From IMG/VR virus record IMGVR_UViG_3300031857_000007: 64,000 nt of DNA; one strand, given 5' to 3'. Of this stretch, positions 54,613 through 62,650 are shown one piece after another. This DNA comes from a virus (taxonomy: Duplodnaviria > Caudoviricetes). The notes under the pieces are model-generated. The model was not told where the DNA came from, ran no database searches, and saw nothing but the letters and a program-made list of their open reading frames with translations. Numbering within the stretch: the first letter of the stretch is position 1; each line of letters opens with the position of its first letter. The position numbers and the translations under genes were made by a program.

Positions 54613-55121
54613 CGTAGCATCCCCTTAATTTTTTCAAGACAATGATTAAATCCATCCACAAGTAATTCAGTATTTACATTCTGACTTCCTGCTGCTGATT
54701 GTTCTTTCGGCAACCAATCTTCTACCAAATCTACAACATCATTACAAGCATCAAAATCATAACCAAGTTCATCTACCAATCTATTAAAAAGTTTTTGTGC
54801 TTCGTATTTTTTCACCAACCTATTCACAACCTCATCCATAGGTTTTGGATTATCTTTCTCATCCCATTCTACTTCATCATAATGTTCAGGTTCATCAACC
54901 ACTCCATCCTCCTTTGCTGCATTCCAACCATACCGAAAGATATTCCAGGATTGAATATCAAATTTAGTTGCATCTGAACCAGTTTCAGGATACTTGCCGA
55001 AAACTTCTTTATATGCTTCTTCTACTGGTGTCTTTGGTTCTTCTACTCTCTTATACTTCACACCCATAATGGTTGCGTAGTCTCCTTCTATAAGAACTTT
55101 TGAGATGTCGGTTTCAGTCAT
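54609..55121 (-). CDS. Mosaic hypothetical protein (170 aa)
   Basis: ATGA-coupled; ends LVDGFNHCLEKIKGMLR. Confidence 0.7.
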   Translation of the reverse strand: MTETDISKVLIEGDYATIMGVKYKRVEEPKTPVEEAYKEVFGKYPETGSDATKFDIQSWNIFRYGWNAAKEDGVVDEPEHYDEVEWDEKDNPKPMDEVVNRLVKKYEAQKLFNRLVDELGYDFDACNDVVDLVEDWLPKEQSAAGSQNVNTELLVDGFNHCLEKIKGMLR

Positions 55122-55387
55122 CGGTCTTCATTATAAAATACAAATCCTGTTGCTGTTTTTTCACAGTAGTAATAATACTCTTGGAATACACCATTCATAA
55201 AATCTTCAAGTGTTTCCAGTTCATCACTACCAGTTGAATGATAACAGTCTAACACAAAATCCTCATACTCACCAACAAAACCACAGAAACGGTCAGGAAA
55301 CTTTGAAATACTTTTATCTGGGAAGAGTTCATAGTAAGTATCTAATACTTCCTGCCCATATTCTTCTAGGATTTCTTCAAACGTCAT
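55118..55387 (-). CDS. Acidic protein, weakly ArdA-like (89 aa)
   Basis: EEYGQEVLDTYYELF..DRFCGFVGEYEDFV parallels EAIGYEAVDAL..ERYQGCFNDEAEFA of 48428-48865. Confidence 0.6.
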   Translation of the reverse strand: MTFEEILEEYGQEVLDTYYELFPDKSISKFPDRFCGFVGEYEDFVLDCYHSTGSDELETLEDFMNGVFQEYYYYCEKTATGFVFYNEDR

Positions 55388-55562
55388 AAGGTTGCTGTGG
55401 GTCTTTTTTCCAAATTTCTTTGTAGATAATCCAAGGTTCTTCTTGGTGGGTCATTTGAGCAGTCCAGTGGTATCCATTCTCATCAACAGCATCAAGATAA
55501 TGAATGCGTGTCTTGGGATCAATTGTGCGTGTGATGTGTGTGAATTTAACTCGTTCAATCAT
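55377..55562 (-). CDS. Hypothetical protein (61 aa)
   Basis: IHYLDAVDENGYHW; coupled ORF. Confidence 0.65.
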   Translation of the reverse strand: MIERVKFTHITRTIDPKTRIHYLDAVDENGYHWTAQMTHQEEPWIIYKEIWKKDPQQPYDV

Positions 55563-55885
55563 TTTACTCCAAGCAAGTCCTTTTCAAAATCAGTCAAACG
55601 AGCAAGAAGTTCTTGTCGTTTTTGTTCTTTGATTTCTTCTTGTCGTTTTTCTTCCAACATTTCATCAAGAACATCCATCATAGCATCAAAACAATAATTA
55701 CCCTTGTTCCAATCACTCTCACCTTTTTGAGTGATGACTACCTTTTCATCAAAGTTTTCTGGACGGAACATTTCATAGATACGAATTACATAATCACCAT
55801 CTTTGTCCTCACGAACCTCAACACTTAAATCAAGTTGGTTTGCTTTGGAAAAGAGTTTGAGAAGTTCAGTTTCTCTGATAGTCAT
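55559..55885 (-). CDS. Hypothetical protein (108 aa, MTIRE start)
   Basis: Start trimmed from the track ORF to sit just after the upstream stop; ends ELLARLTDFEKDLLGVK. Confidence 0.7.
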   Translation of the reverse strand: MTIRETELLKLFSKANQLDLSVEVREDKDGDYVIRIYEMFRPENFDEKVVITQKGESDWNKGNYCFDAMMDVLDEMLEEKRQEEIKEQKRQELLARLTDFEKDLLGVK

Positions 55886-55886
55886 T

Positions 55887-56060
55887 TCAGTTCTGGTGTT
55901 GTTTGAGGTGAAGTTGGATACATTCCATAACATTATCAAGAGTTAGAGCACTACCCTCATAGTAGTAATCCATATTCATTACATCTGTGACTTTGAGTTT
56001 GTAATAAAAATCTCCATCAGAAGAATACTGATGAATGATGATGTCAGTTTCGTAGTTCAT
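55887..56060 (-). CDS. Hypothetical protein (57 aa, MNYETD start)
   Basis: A promoter at 56082 lies inside the longer track ORF, so the real start is at 56060. Confidence 0.6.
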   Translation of the reverse strand: MNYETDIIIHQYSSDGDFYYKLKVTDVMNMDYYYEGSALTLDNVMECIQLHLKQHQN

Positions 56061-56081
56061 CGGTTTGTTTCTTATGAAGTC

Positions 56082-56138
56082 ATTATAAGGCAAAAGGAGC
56101 ACCTGTGGGATGCTCCTGTGCCAGTTCTTCAAGTGTCC
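56082..56138 (-). promoter_or_regulatory. Early promoter cassette (-10 TATAAT, GGAGCA/TGCTCC stem-loop, dyad motif)
   Basis: GGACACTTGAAGAACTGGCACAGGAGCATCCCACAGGTGCTCCTTTTGCCTTATAAT. Confidence 0.72.
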
Positions 56139-56392
56139 TATTTCAGTTCATCTTCCTCTTTTTGAATAGCAGAGATAGCATTTAGAAACTCCAAACCATA
56201 TTTACCTACAACCCAAGCATCTTTATCCTCAAAGAACCTAGTACCGATGGTTCTCATATCATAGCCTTCTGTGCTTTTATTGAAGAAAGCAACGACATAG
56301 CAACTATCACCAGAGTCGTGAGTATACCACTTGACGAGTTCATACTTGTTGTTGACTTTACTCCAACGAAACTCTATGTTACGAAATCTCAT
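56138..56392 (-). CDS. Hypothetical protein (84 aa)
   Basis: MRFRNIEFRWSK..YELVKW; ATGA-coupled. Confidence 0.7.
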   Translation of the reverse strand: MRFRNIEFRWSKVNNKYELVKWYTHDSGDSCYVVAFFNKSTEGYDMRTIGTRFFEDKDAWVVGKYGLEFLNAISAIQKEEDELK

Positions 56393-56565
56393 TCTTCTTC
56401 CTCTTCATAAGGGAACATTTCATCATACTCTTCATCAGTGAGAGTCAGATACTGAACATCAGCATCTTTGTGCTCTTCGGCATACACTAACTGATAGTGA
56501 GCAAAACTACTTTCAGAAGTGCTAGCGTACTCTATGAGTCCATCAACAATACAAAGGTAATTCAT
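56389..56565 (-). CDS. Acidic hypothetical protein (58 aa; not in the track)
   Basis: MNYLCIVDGLIEYASTSESSFAHYQLVYAEEHKDADVQYLTLTDEEYDEMFPYEEEEE; coupled at both ends. Confidence 0.65.
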   Translation of the reverse strand: MNYLCIVDGLIEYASTSESSFAHYQLVYAEEHKDADVQYLTLTDEEYDEMFPYEEEEE

Positions 56566-56777
56566 TAGAGCACCTCCCAGTGTGCATCAGATTTGTCACC
56601 GAAACGATTAGTTCCAGTTCTTGTACTAACCCAAAAAAAGTATTTACGGTTTTCTGATGCCAAGAATAACTCACCACCAGTGTCCTGCTCTACAATACAG
56701 ACAGGATTGTTTCCCATGATATTTGCTAATCTATTCTTCGCCTTGCTGCTTTTGGGTCTTACGGTTACTCTTCTCAT
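56565..56777 (-). CDS. Hypothetical protein (70 aa)
   Basis: VTVRPKSSKAKNRLANIM; TAATG coupling. Confidence 0.7.
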   Translation of the reverse strand: MRRVTVRPKSSKAKNRLANIMGNNPVCIVEQDTGGELFLASENRKYFFWVSTRTGTNRFGDKSDAHWEVL

Positions 56778-56994
56778 TTTGGATCTCCAGTTTCAGTTTG
56801 CGAATACCAGTAATAAAGTAAGCAAAATCACGGGATTCAGTCACCCGTTTTTCTTCACCACAGACACCACATTTACCATTCCAGACAGATGAACAACCGA
56901 CTGAATAAACACCATAAGTTTGACCACAATCCATACAAGTGGTGCCTGCCTGCTCAAGTCGTTTGAGTAGTGCCTTCTTCTCTTTGAGAGTCAT
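56731..56994 (-). CDS. Zn-ribbon protein (87 aa, MTLKE start)
   Basis: CMDCG..CGVCG; the promoter at 57016 supports the later start. Confidence 0.7.
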   Translation of the reverse strand: MTLKEKKALLKRLEQAGTTCMDCGQTYGVYSVGCSSVWNGKCGVCGEEKRVTESRDFAYFITGIRKLKLEIQNEKSNRKTQKQQGEE

Positions 56995-57015
56995 AGGGGC
57001 GTTTCGTATAATGGT

Positions 57016-57072
57016 ATTATAGGGCATCAGGAGGCGTCTTCAACGTCCTCTGTGCCAGTTTCCAAAGTGTCC
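57016..57072 (-). promoter_or_regulatory. Early promoter cassette (TTGAAG-16-TATAAT plus dyad motif)
   Basis: GGACACTTTGGAAACTGGCACAG upstream, overlapping the 3' end of the upstream ORF. Confidence 0.65.
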
Positions 57073-57398
57073 TCATCGCCAGTAAGGTCTTTAAGTCTAT
57101 TCATAAAGTCTTCATCAAGTGGATAGACCTTTTCTTCACCACGATCAATCCTATCACACATCTCCATCAGATATTCTAGAAACTCTTTGGGATATGTTTC
57201 ATCCATATTAATGCTGCACCAGAACCACTGATAACATTCTTCATATGGATCGTCGTTTTTCAGCAGAGCATAATCAGCATAGTTTCCACTGATGAGATCT
57301 CTCCACATCTTAAAGTTGTTCCAGATCTCTCTCCAACCAGTCTGGAAACAATGTCCGAAGTAATACTCAAACCAGTTCAGTTTTTTCTTCATCAACAC
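57027..57398 (-). CDS. Aromatic/acidic hypothetical protein (123 aa)
   Basis: LNWFEYYFGHCFQTGWREIWNNF; coupled ORF. Confidence 0.7.
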   Translation of the reverse strand: MLMKKKLNWFEYYFGHCFQTGWREIWNNFKMWRDLISGNYADYALLKNDDPYEECYQWFWCSINMDETYPKEFLEYLMEMCDRIDRGEEKVYPLDEDFMNRLKDLTGDEDTLETGTEDVEDAS

Positions 57399-57679
57399 TC
57401 ATCCATTCCAAGATAATCAGTCTCTTTTTCATCCACTTCCTCTAAATGGTCCCATCTCCAAGTGCGGGAAAGCAAATCAATATCAAACCCAAACTTATAT
57501 GCCCAGAAGAGAATACCTAAAAGACCATTACTTCCCATTGTAATCTGAAGATAAGGTGAAGAAGGATAATCATTCCAACTTACAGAAAACTGAAACAAAC
57601 TCCATCGTTTAATATTAACAACTTGAACATAAACTTCGTGTCCAAAGTCATAGCGATGCTTAAATTTAATTAGATTCAT
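57392..57679 (-). CDS. Hypothetical beta-rich protein (95 aa)
   Basis: WSLFQFSVSWNDYPSSPYLQI; ATGA overlap. Confidence 0.7.
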   Translation of the reverse strand: MNLIKFKHRYDFGHEVYVQVVNIKRWSLFQFSVSWNDYPSSPYLQITMGSNGLLGILFWAYKFGFDIDLLSRTWRWDHLEEVDEKETDYLGMDEC

Positions 57680-57849
57680 TGCTCTTTAATAACACAAGAT
57701 GTAGTGCATTTAAGGTCACCAGAAGATCCAGAGACCGTAGATGTATGGTGTGGTGTTTTTTCTGGTGTCAGATTATATGATACAATAGCGGACACAAAAA
57801 ACGCAAGTGCAGGGATTGCGACATATTGTAGATAAGTTTTACTGCTCAT
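57676..57849 (-). CDS. Single-pass membrane protein (57 aa, MSSKT start), paralogue of 52501-52668
   Basis: TM helix followed by HTSTVSGSSGDLKCTTSCVIK. Confidence 0.7.
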   Translation of the reverse strand: MSSKTYLQYVAIPALAFFVSAIVSYNLTPEKTPHHTSTVSGSSGDLKCTTSCVIKEQ

Positions 57850-58024
57850 TATTGTTTTCCTCAAAGTCAAACCATTCATACAGAGAGTTCATCGCACCAT
57901 CAACCACACAATCAACCACAGCATCTTCGTGTGGGTTCTCTACGTGTTTATGGGCACGATTGTATCCATAACGGACACCTTCTTCCAGTGCCATCTCCAA
58001 TACCTTACGAAAGTTAGGTTTCAT
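57839..58024 (-). CDS. Hypothetical protein (61 aa)
   Basis: ALEEGVRYGYNRAHKHVENP..LYEWFDF. Confidence 0.7.
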   Translation of the reverse strand: MKPNFRKVLEMALEEGVRYGYNRAHKHVENPHEDAVVDCVVDGAMNSLYEWFDFEENNNEQ

Positions 58025-58025
58025 A

Positions 58026-58229
58026 TCAATAAGGAAGAGATTTCAGACCATCCAGAACTTCCTGAAAGCGTTCGGCACGACTCTTGTGGTGCTCTACATT
58101 CTCCTCAAGCACACTCACAATATCGTCCAGGACAACATCCAGAGACGCATCAGTATCAAAGTATTGTTGGATTGCTTCGGCAAGATACCGCCGCCGACTC
58201 CATTCCATACTATAGGGTTTGTAGTCCAT
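58026..58229 (-). CDS. Hypothetical protein (67 aa)
   Basis: First gene after the consensus promoter at 58251. Confidence 0.7.
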   Translation of the reverse strand: MDYKPYSMEWSRRRYLAEAIQQYFDTDASLDVVLDDIVSVLEENVEHHKSRAERFQEVLDGLKSLPY

Positions 58230-58250
58230 AATCAGAGTGTATATGCGGGT

Positions 58251-58279
58251 ATTATAAAGGTTTTTTCAGATATTGTCAA
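58251..58279 (-). promoter_or_regulatory. Perfect sigma70 promoter TTGACA-17-TATAAT
   Basis: tgtcaa at 58274-58279 and attata at 58251-58256 on the + strand. Confidence 0.85.
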
Positions 58280-58593
58280 TCTCTTGTTCGCCAATCGGTT
58301 TCGTCATCATCACGTTTAAACCAATCATGCAGTTCATCTGGGTTGTCAAAACCTCTTCTACCAAATCTTTCGTGCCCTAAACCACCAATATCCATTGAGT
58401 TTAGGAAATCATCCATTTCATCCATATTGGGATTTTCCGCTTTACGTCTTGCCTGGCGGAGCATTGTTCCAGCAGAGCGATTTGCCTTTGCAAGTTTCTC
58501 TGCCCAGATCATATCTTCTAAACTTACTTCTTTATGAAGTACAATCTTCTCACAGATTGCTTCCAGTCTCAATCTGTACTGCGTAGAGAGCAT
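58276..58593 (-). CDS. Hypothetical protein A' (105 aa), paralogue of 50669-50986
   Basis: MLSTQYRLRLEAIC..EVSLEDMIWAEKLAK shared. Confidence 0.85.
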   Translation of the reverse strand: MLSTQYRLRLEAICEKIVLHKEVSLEDMIWAEKLAKANRSAGTMLRQARRKAENPNMDEMDDFLNSMDIGGLGHERFGRRGFDNPDELHDWFKRDDDETDWRTRD

Positions 58594-58613
58594 ATGTATT
58601 ACCAGATGTAGTG

Positions 58614-58847
58614 TTATTTATTTTTATATTCGTCCATTAACTCTTTTGCGAGTTTCATAGAACGACGCCACATTAAATATTTTACCACAGGATTACGTGG
58701 ATTGTTTAACAACCACCACTTTTGTTTCTCATAGTTAGACTTTGCTAACTTAAGCACATAATAAAAGGCAGCAGCGATACTATCATCTGTTGCGATAAAG
58801 TATGCCGCTACTGCAAATACGATAAACCAAGCATAATAAGACATCAT
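58614..58847 (-). CDS. Membrane-anchored protein B' (77 aa), paralogue of 51007-51246
   Basis: Shared KWW..NP.NP.VKY.MWRR. Confidence 0.8.
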   Translation of the reverse strand: MMSYYAWFIVFAVAAYFIATDDSIAAAFYYVLKLAKSNYEKQKWWLLNNPRNPVVKYLMWRRSMKLAKELMDEYKNK

Positions 58848-58869
58848 CTAGGTCTCATAGTTTTATTAT

Positions 58870-59115
58870 TTAACCAAGAAATTGATCTAGACTGGAGACC
58901 GATGCGCCTTTTGCGGACTTTTGAATGTAGGTTTTGGCGGACTTGTAATTGTTTGCTAGATGAACCTGCTGTCCGTTGTGAATGATAATAAACTTTTTAC
59001 CAAATGGCACTGCTGCCCACATACCATCTTTAGTGACATAACCTTGTGGATCTGATGGTTTTGGATTTAAGATTCCTGGACGATCTACAAAAGGTTTCTG
59101 AAAGTTTTCGCTCAT
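58870..59115 (-). CDS. Conserved cyanophage hypothetical protein (81 aa)
   Basis: GYVTKDGMWAAVPFGKKFIIIHNGQQVH. Confidence 0.75.
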   Translation of the reverse strand: MSENFQKPFVDRPGILNPKPSDPQGYVTKDGMWAAVPFGKKFIIIHNGQQVHLANNYKSAKTYIQKSAKGASVSSLDQFLG

Positions 59116-59255
59116 CCGAATACAGCGGTCACACCAATAACTTTAGCACTTGGATTACGTGCTAGAGCAGTCCGCCTGGCATCATCATAATCACGTGCCT
59201 CGACAATCTCATCAAAGACTTTGCCAGCGACATAGAGTTGGACTTTGCAGCGCAT
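59112..59255 (-). CDS. Hypothetical protein (47 aa; not in the track)
   Basis: MRCKVQLYVAGKVFDEIVEARDYDDARRTALARNPSAKVIGVTAVFG; ATGA overlap. Confidence 0.7.
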   Translation of the reverse strand: MRCKVQLYVAGKVFDEIVEARDYDDARRTALARNPSAKVIGVTAVFG

Positions 59256-59294
59256 TAGAGTTTCTCCTGATGTGTAGGTAGTATAGCAGAAAAG

Positions 59295-60524
59295 TCAGCG
59301 CCTGACAATGCTGACGGCAACCTCACCTTGCTTGAAGATGATGTCCACCACATTCTGGACTGCCTTCGCAGTGCCCGTAGATGCCTTGTCAAAGACCGGG
59401 CAGACCACCAGACCATAGGATTTAGTGTAGGACGACAGGTCGCCTGCCTGAATGGCGCCAGAGCGGATTCCAGCGGCGTCTTGGGGGTGCAGACGCAGCG
59501 TCCGACCAACGGTCTGACCGATGCCCACAACGTCCATAGAGCGCAAGAACACGACCGCTTCCAGAGCAGAAATGTTGATGCCTTCTGCCAGAATGCTGTG
59601 ATGCAGGACCACAAACTTTTTGTCAGGGTCTTTGCCCCAAGCATTCAGAGTGTCAAAAAACACCTCACGATTGACCTTCTGCCCATCAATAAATGCACCG
59701 TGCTTGGCAGTAATGTGCAGCACAGAGTAACCTTGCTCGGCAATCTGGTCTGCAAAGTCAGATTCAGACAGCAGAGCAATGATGTGGCGAGTTGCCTTTG
59801 CACACACCAGAATCTTATCGACAGGATTGTCCTGAATGATTTGCATCAGATACTCACAGTCCCGTTGAGCAATATCCTCACCCTTGACGGACAGACGCAT
59901 TGGAGCAGTAATCACTTTGGGAGGAATGATATAGCCACCCTGTACCAATTCAGGAGCAGGAACTTTGGCGATGATATTACCGTAGACAGCAACATCATTC
60001 ATACCAGGTTTGGCAACGGTGGCAGAATACTTGGGAGTTGCAGTAAAGAAGTAGCAACGCTTTGCTTCAGCAGCAAAATGCTCTACAGCAGGAAAGAAGT
60101 GACGTTGAACGCTATTGTGTGCCTCATCAAAGTAAATCGTATCCACCTCAATATCTGCCTTTGCAAGTTGCTGCAGAGAATTGTAAGTGGTGAAAATCAG
60201 TTTGTGACCTTGAGTTTGCTCATACCAAGTGCGAATCGCATTGGGACGAGTGCTGCTGAAGTGATGAGTCTCACCACTGTGAATGTGCATCACAGAAGCA
60301 TTAGTGATAAACTCAAGGTATTCAGCAGACAACTGCTCTGCCAGGAGGATGCGCGGCGCCGTCACTACAATAGTCTTGGGGGTGCTAGACTGAAACACAC
60401 GAATAGCATCAAAAATGCCCACGTTGGTCTTACCACCACCGGTAGGAAACACACAGATACCTTTGAGATGCTGTGCCAGAGCATCCAGAGCAACTTGTTG
60501 GTGAGGGCGAAGTTGGTACATCAT
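59295..60524 (-). CDS. Superfamily 2 DEAH helicase (ResIII-like, 409 aa)
   Basis: YQLRPHQ (Q motif), PTGGGKT, FDEAH, FTAT, LAEGIN, QTVGRTLR. Confidence 0.93.
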   Translation of the reverse strand: MMYQLRPHQQVALDALAQHLKGICVFPTGGGKTNVGIFDAIRVFQSSTPKTIVVTAPRILLAEQLSAEYLEFITNASVMHIHSGETHHFSSTRPNAIRTWYEQTQGHKLIFTTYNSLQQLAKADIEVDTIYFDEAHNSVQRHFFPAVEHFAAEAKRCYFFTATPKYSATVAKPGMNDVAVYGNIIAKVPAPELVQGGYIIPPKVITAPMRLSVKGEDIAQRDCEYLMQIIQDNPVDKILVCAKATRHIIALLSESDFADQIAEQGYSVLHITAKHGAFIDGQKVNREVFFDTLNAWGKDPDKKFVVLHHSILAEGINISALEAVVFLRSMDVVGIGQTVGRTLRLHPQDAAGIRSGAIQAGDLSSYTKSYGLVVCPVFDKASTGTAKAVQNVVDIIFKQGEVAVSIVRR

Positions 60525-60543
60525 CTCTCAATTCAATACACAT

Positions 60544-60600
60544 ATTATAGCAGCAAAAAAGGGGTCTTGCGACCCCCCTGTGCCAGTTTGTCAAGTGTCT
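60544..60600 (-). promoter_or_regulatory. Early promoter with stem-loop (GGGGTC-GCAA-GACCCC), TCGCAA-17-TATAAT and dyad motif
   Basis: AGACACTTGACAAACTGGCACAGGGGGGTCGCAAGACCCCTTTTTTGCTGCTATAAT; may also terminate the upstream fibre transcript. Confidence 0.78.
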
Positions 60601-60613
60601 TAAGTATCAAGAC

Positions 60614-62629
60614 TTATGGAATTGTAGCGATACCACACCAACCAATTCCATTATAAACTTCTAATCTCTTGTTAGTTGTATTATAAATCAAACCACCTTC
60701 TACAATTGATAATGAATTTCTCTGCGTTGTTGTGACTTTAGGTGGAATCATAAATTGGAATATACTTCCAAGAGTTGGAACATTATACCCAGCAGCACTA
60801 AAATCAGCAAAAGAACTTGGAGTCGTTGTTCCAACTCCAACACCCTGAAAATAACCAACACCACGAGCAGCATCAACACTTACATCGTATGCAAGACTTG
60901 GTGCATAAGTGAATACATTTGTTCCAACTCCAATGCCACCAAGTGAATTGACTATGAATGCAGTAGTGCCGGCATTAACTATAAGAGGATAAGTTGAAGA
61001 TGCAGATGTTTGAATGCCAATGTTTCCAGTAGTAGTAATCGTTGTAAATCCTACTGAAGAATTTACTTGAATACGATTAAATGTTGAAATGCCTGTTGTT
61101 GCATTTACGTTGTTATTTAAAGATCCCGTAAGAGACAGTGTAGTTGTAATAAGATTATTTGCTGTTAAAACTCCACCAACAGTTAAGTTTCCGGAAACTC
61201 CAAGATTTCCACCAACAAAAGAATTTCCAGTTACTGTTGACGTTCCAACTACGTGTAGAGTGTTAGATGGAATGGTAATTCCAATTCCAAGAGAACCTCC
61301 ATAAGTCAAAGTCATTAATGGAGTATTAGCATTTTGCCCATAAATCCAATTAAATGCACCAGTTCCGACACCAGAAGAACCTAGATTCAAGTAATTATTT
61401 ACATTTCCAAGAGCATAATTGATAATATCTAAAGAAGACTGTGTGCTATATCCTTGACTTACGTTAGTATTTCCAAATCTTAATACCCCATTGGAAGTTT
61501 GTAGTGAATTGCTTCTTCCAATAGAAATAAGTGCGGATTGAGTATCACTTGTAACTAGAATTGATGCAGCAGTTGCATTTCTAATTTGCAAATCACCAAT
61601 TGGATTAGTTGTTCCAATTCCAATACTTGTTTGGGCAACTAGATTTGTGGTTGTTGTAAGTCCTGATACACCAAGAGTAGTGGCAGTTATGATTCCACTT
61701 GCATTTAAATTGGCAGCCGTTATATTTCCAACAGTAATACTTGGGGTCCCTGTTAGTGATTGTGCCGTGCTTGCAGTTCCAGTTACATTCCCAACAAATC
61801 CGCCAGCGGCAGTTACGATCCCAGAAACGCTGATGCTTTGAGGTAATCTAGGATTGGATAAAGTGCCCGAAGAAATATTTGAAGCATTGATTCCAGAAAT
61901 ATCTGTTCCAAATCCGGCAAAACTGTACGCTGTTACGATTCCAGAAACACTAATGCTTTGAGGTAATCTAGGGTTGGATAAAGTGCCTGAAGAAATATTT
62001 GAAGCATTAATTTGAGTGATGTTTGACCCAATTCCATCAAAACTTGCAGCAGTTACAACTCCAGAAACATTGATGTTTTGGGGTAATCTAGGATTGGATA
62101 AAGTTCCTGAAGAAATGTTAGAGGCATTAATCTGAGTAATATCTGACCCAATTCCAGCAAAACTTGCAGCAGTTATGATTCCTGTATATGTTGCATTTCC
62201 ATTATTATTGATCGTGACTGCAACACCAACCTGTAAAGTTCCTGTTGGATTGGTTGTCGCCACACCAACACTTGATGTTGTAGAAATAGTGCCTGCAGAA
62301 ACATACCAACCATCAACAGCAATTGCATAAATGTTTGTTAGTCCCGCAGCATCTCCATAAAAAGTTGTTGCAGTTACGACTCCAGAAGCATTTATATTTG
62401 ACGCAGTTAAAAATCCAACGGTGCTAACACCAGTAACATTCAAGTCACCAATTTTTGCACTCGTTGCAGTAACTAGTCCAATAACTCTAGTATCACCATA
62501 AACATTTAAAAGATAAGATTCTGGAATTGTTGTTCCAATTCCAACCAAGCCATTCGCATTTACAACGAAATTATCTTCGTCAACTTGGACTCCATTTCTA
62601 AAATTAAATGACTTCTTATAATTTGCCAT
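60614..62629 (-). CDS. Tail fibre-like virion protein (671 aa)
   Basis: MANYKKSFNFRNGVQVD..GLVGIGTT; several IGIGTTNP motifs; ends PPKVTTTQRN..EGGLIYNTTNKRLEVYNGIGW. Confidence 0.85.
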   Translation of the reverse strand: MANYKKSFNFRNGVQVDEDNFVVNANGLVGIGTTIPESYLLNVYGDTRVIGLVTATSAKIGDLNVTGVSTVGFLTASNINASGVVTATTFYGDAAGLTNIYAIAVDGWYVSAGTISTTSSVGVATTNPTGTLQVGVAVTINNNGNATYTGIITAASFAGIGSDITQINASNISSGTLSNPRLPQNINVSGVVTAASFDGIGSNITQINASNISSGTLSNPRLPQSISVSGIVTAYSFAGFGTDISGINASNISSGTLSNPRLPQSISVSGIVTAAGGFVGNVTGTASTAQSLTGTPSITVGNITAANLNASGIITATTLGVSGLTTTTNLVAQTSIGIGTTNPIGDLQIRNATAASILVTSDTQSALISIGRSNSLQTSNGVLRFGNTNVSQGYSTQSSLDIINYALGNVNNYLNLGSSGVGTGAFNWIYGQNANTPLMTLTYGGSLGIGITIPSNTLHVVGTSTVTGNSFVGGNLGVSGNLTVGGVLTANNLITTTLSLTGSLNNNVNATTGISTFNRIQVNSSVGFTTITTTGNIGIQTSASSTYPLIVNAGTTAFIVNSLGGIGVGTNVFTYAPSLAYDVSVDAARGVGYFQGVGVGTTTPSSFADFSAAGYNVPTLGSIFQFMIPPKVTTTQRNSLSIVEGGLIYNTTNKRLEVYNGIGWCGIATIP
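61805..62170 (-). repeat. Three tandem 40-aa (120-bp) repeats (AxSFxGxGxxIxxINASNISSGTLSNPRLPQxIxVSGxVT)
   Basis: ttggataaagt(g/t)cc recurs at a 120-bp period (61854, 61974, 62094). Confidence 0.92.
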
Positions 62630-62643
62630 TTTAGATTTTTAAC

Positions 62644-62650
62644 TATTTAT
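62644..62650 (-). promoter_or_regulatory. T4-type late promoter (ATAAATA)
   Basis: tatttat on + strand, 15 bp upstream of 62629. Confidence 0.6.

Noticed and set aside
59328-60656. 442-aa plus-strand ORF, and the 313-aa plus-strand ORF at 45991-46932
   Set aside because: Antisense mirrors of the helicase and the DUF6267-like gene; no recognisable motifs, RBS or promoter. Expected from biased codon usage.
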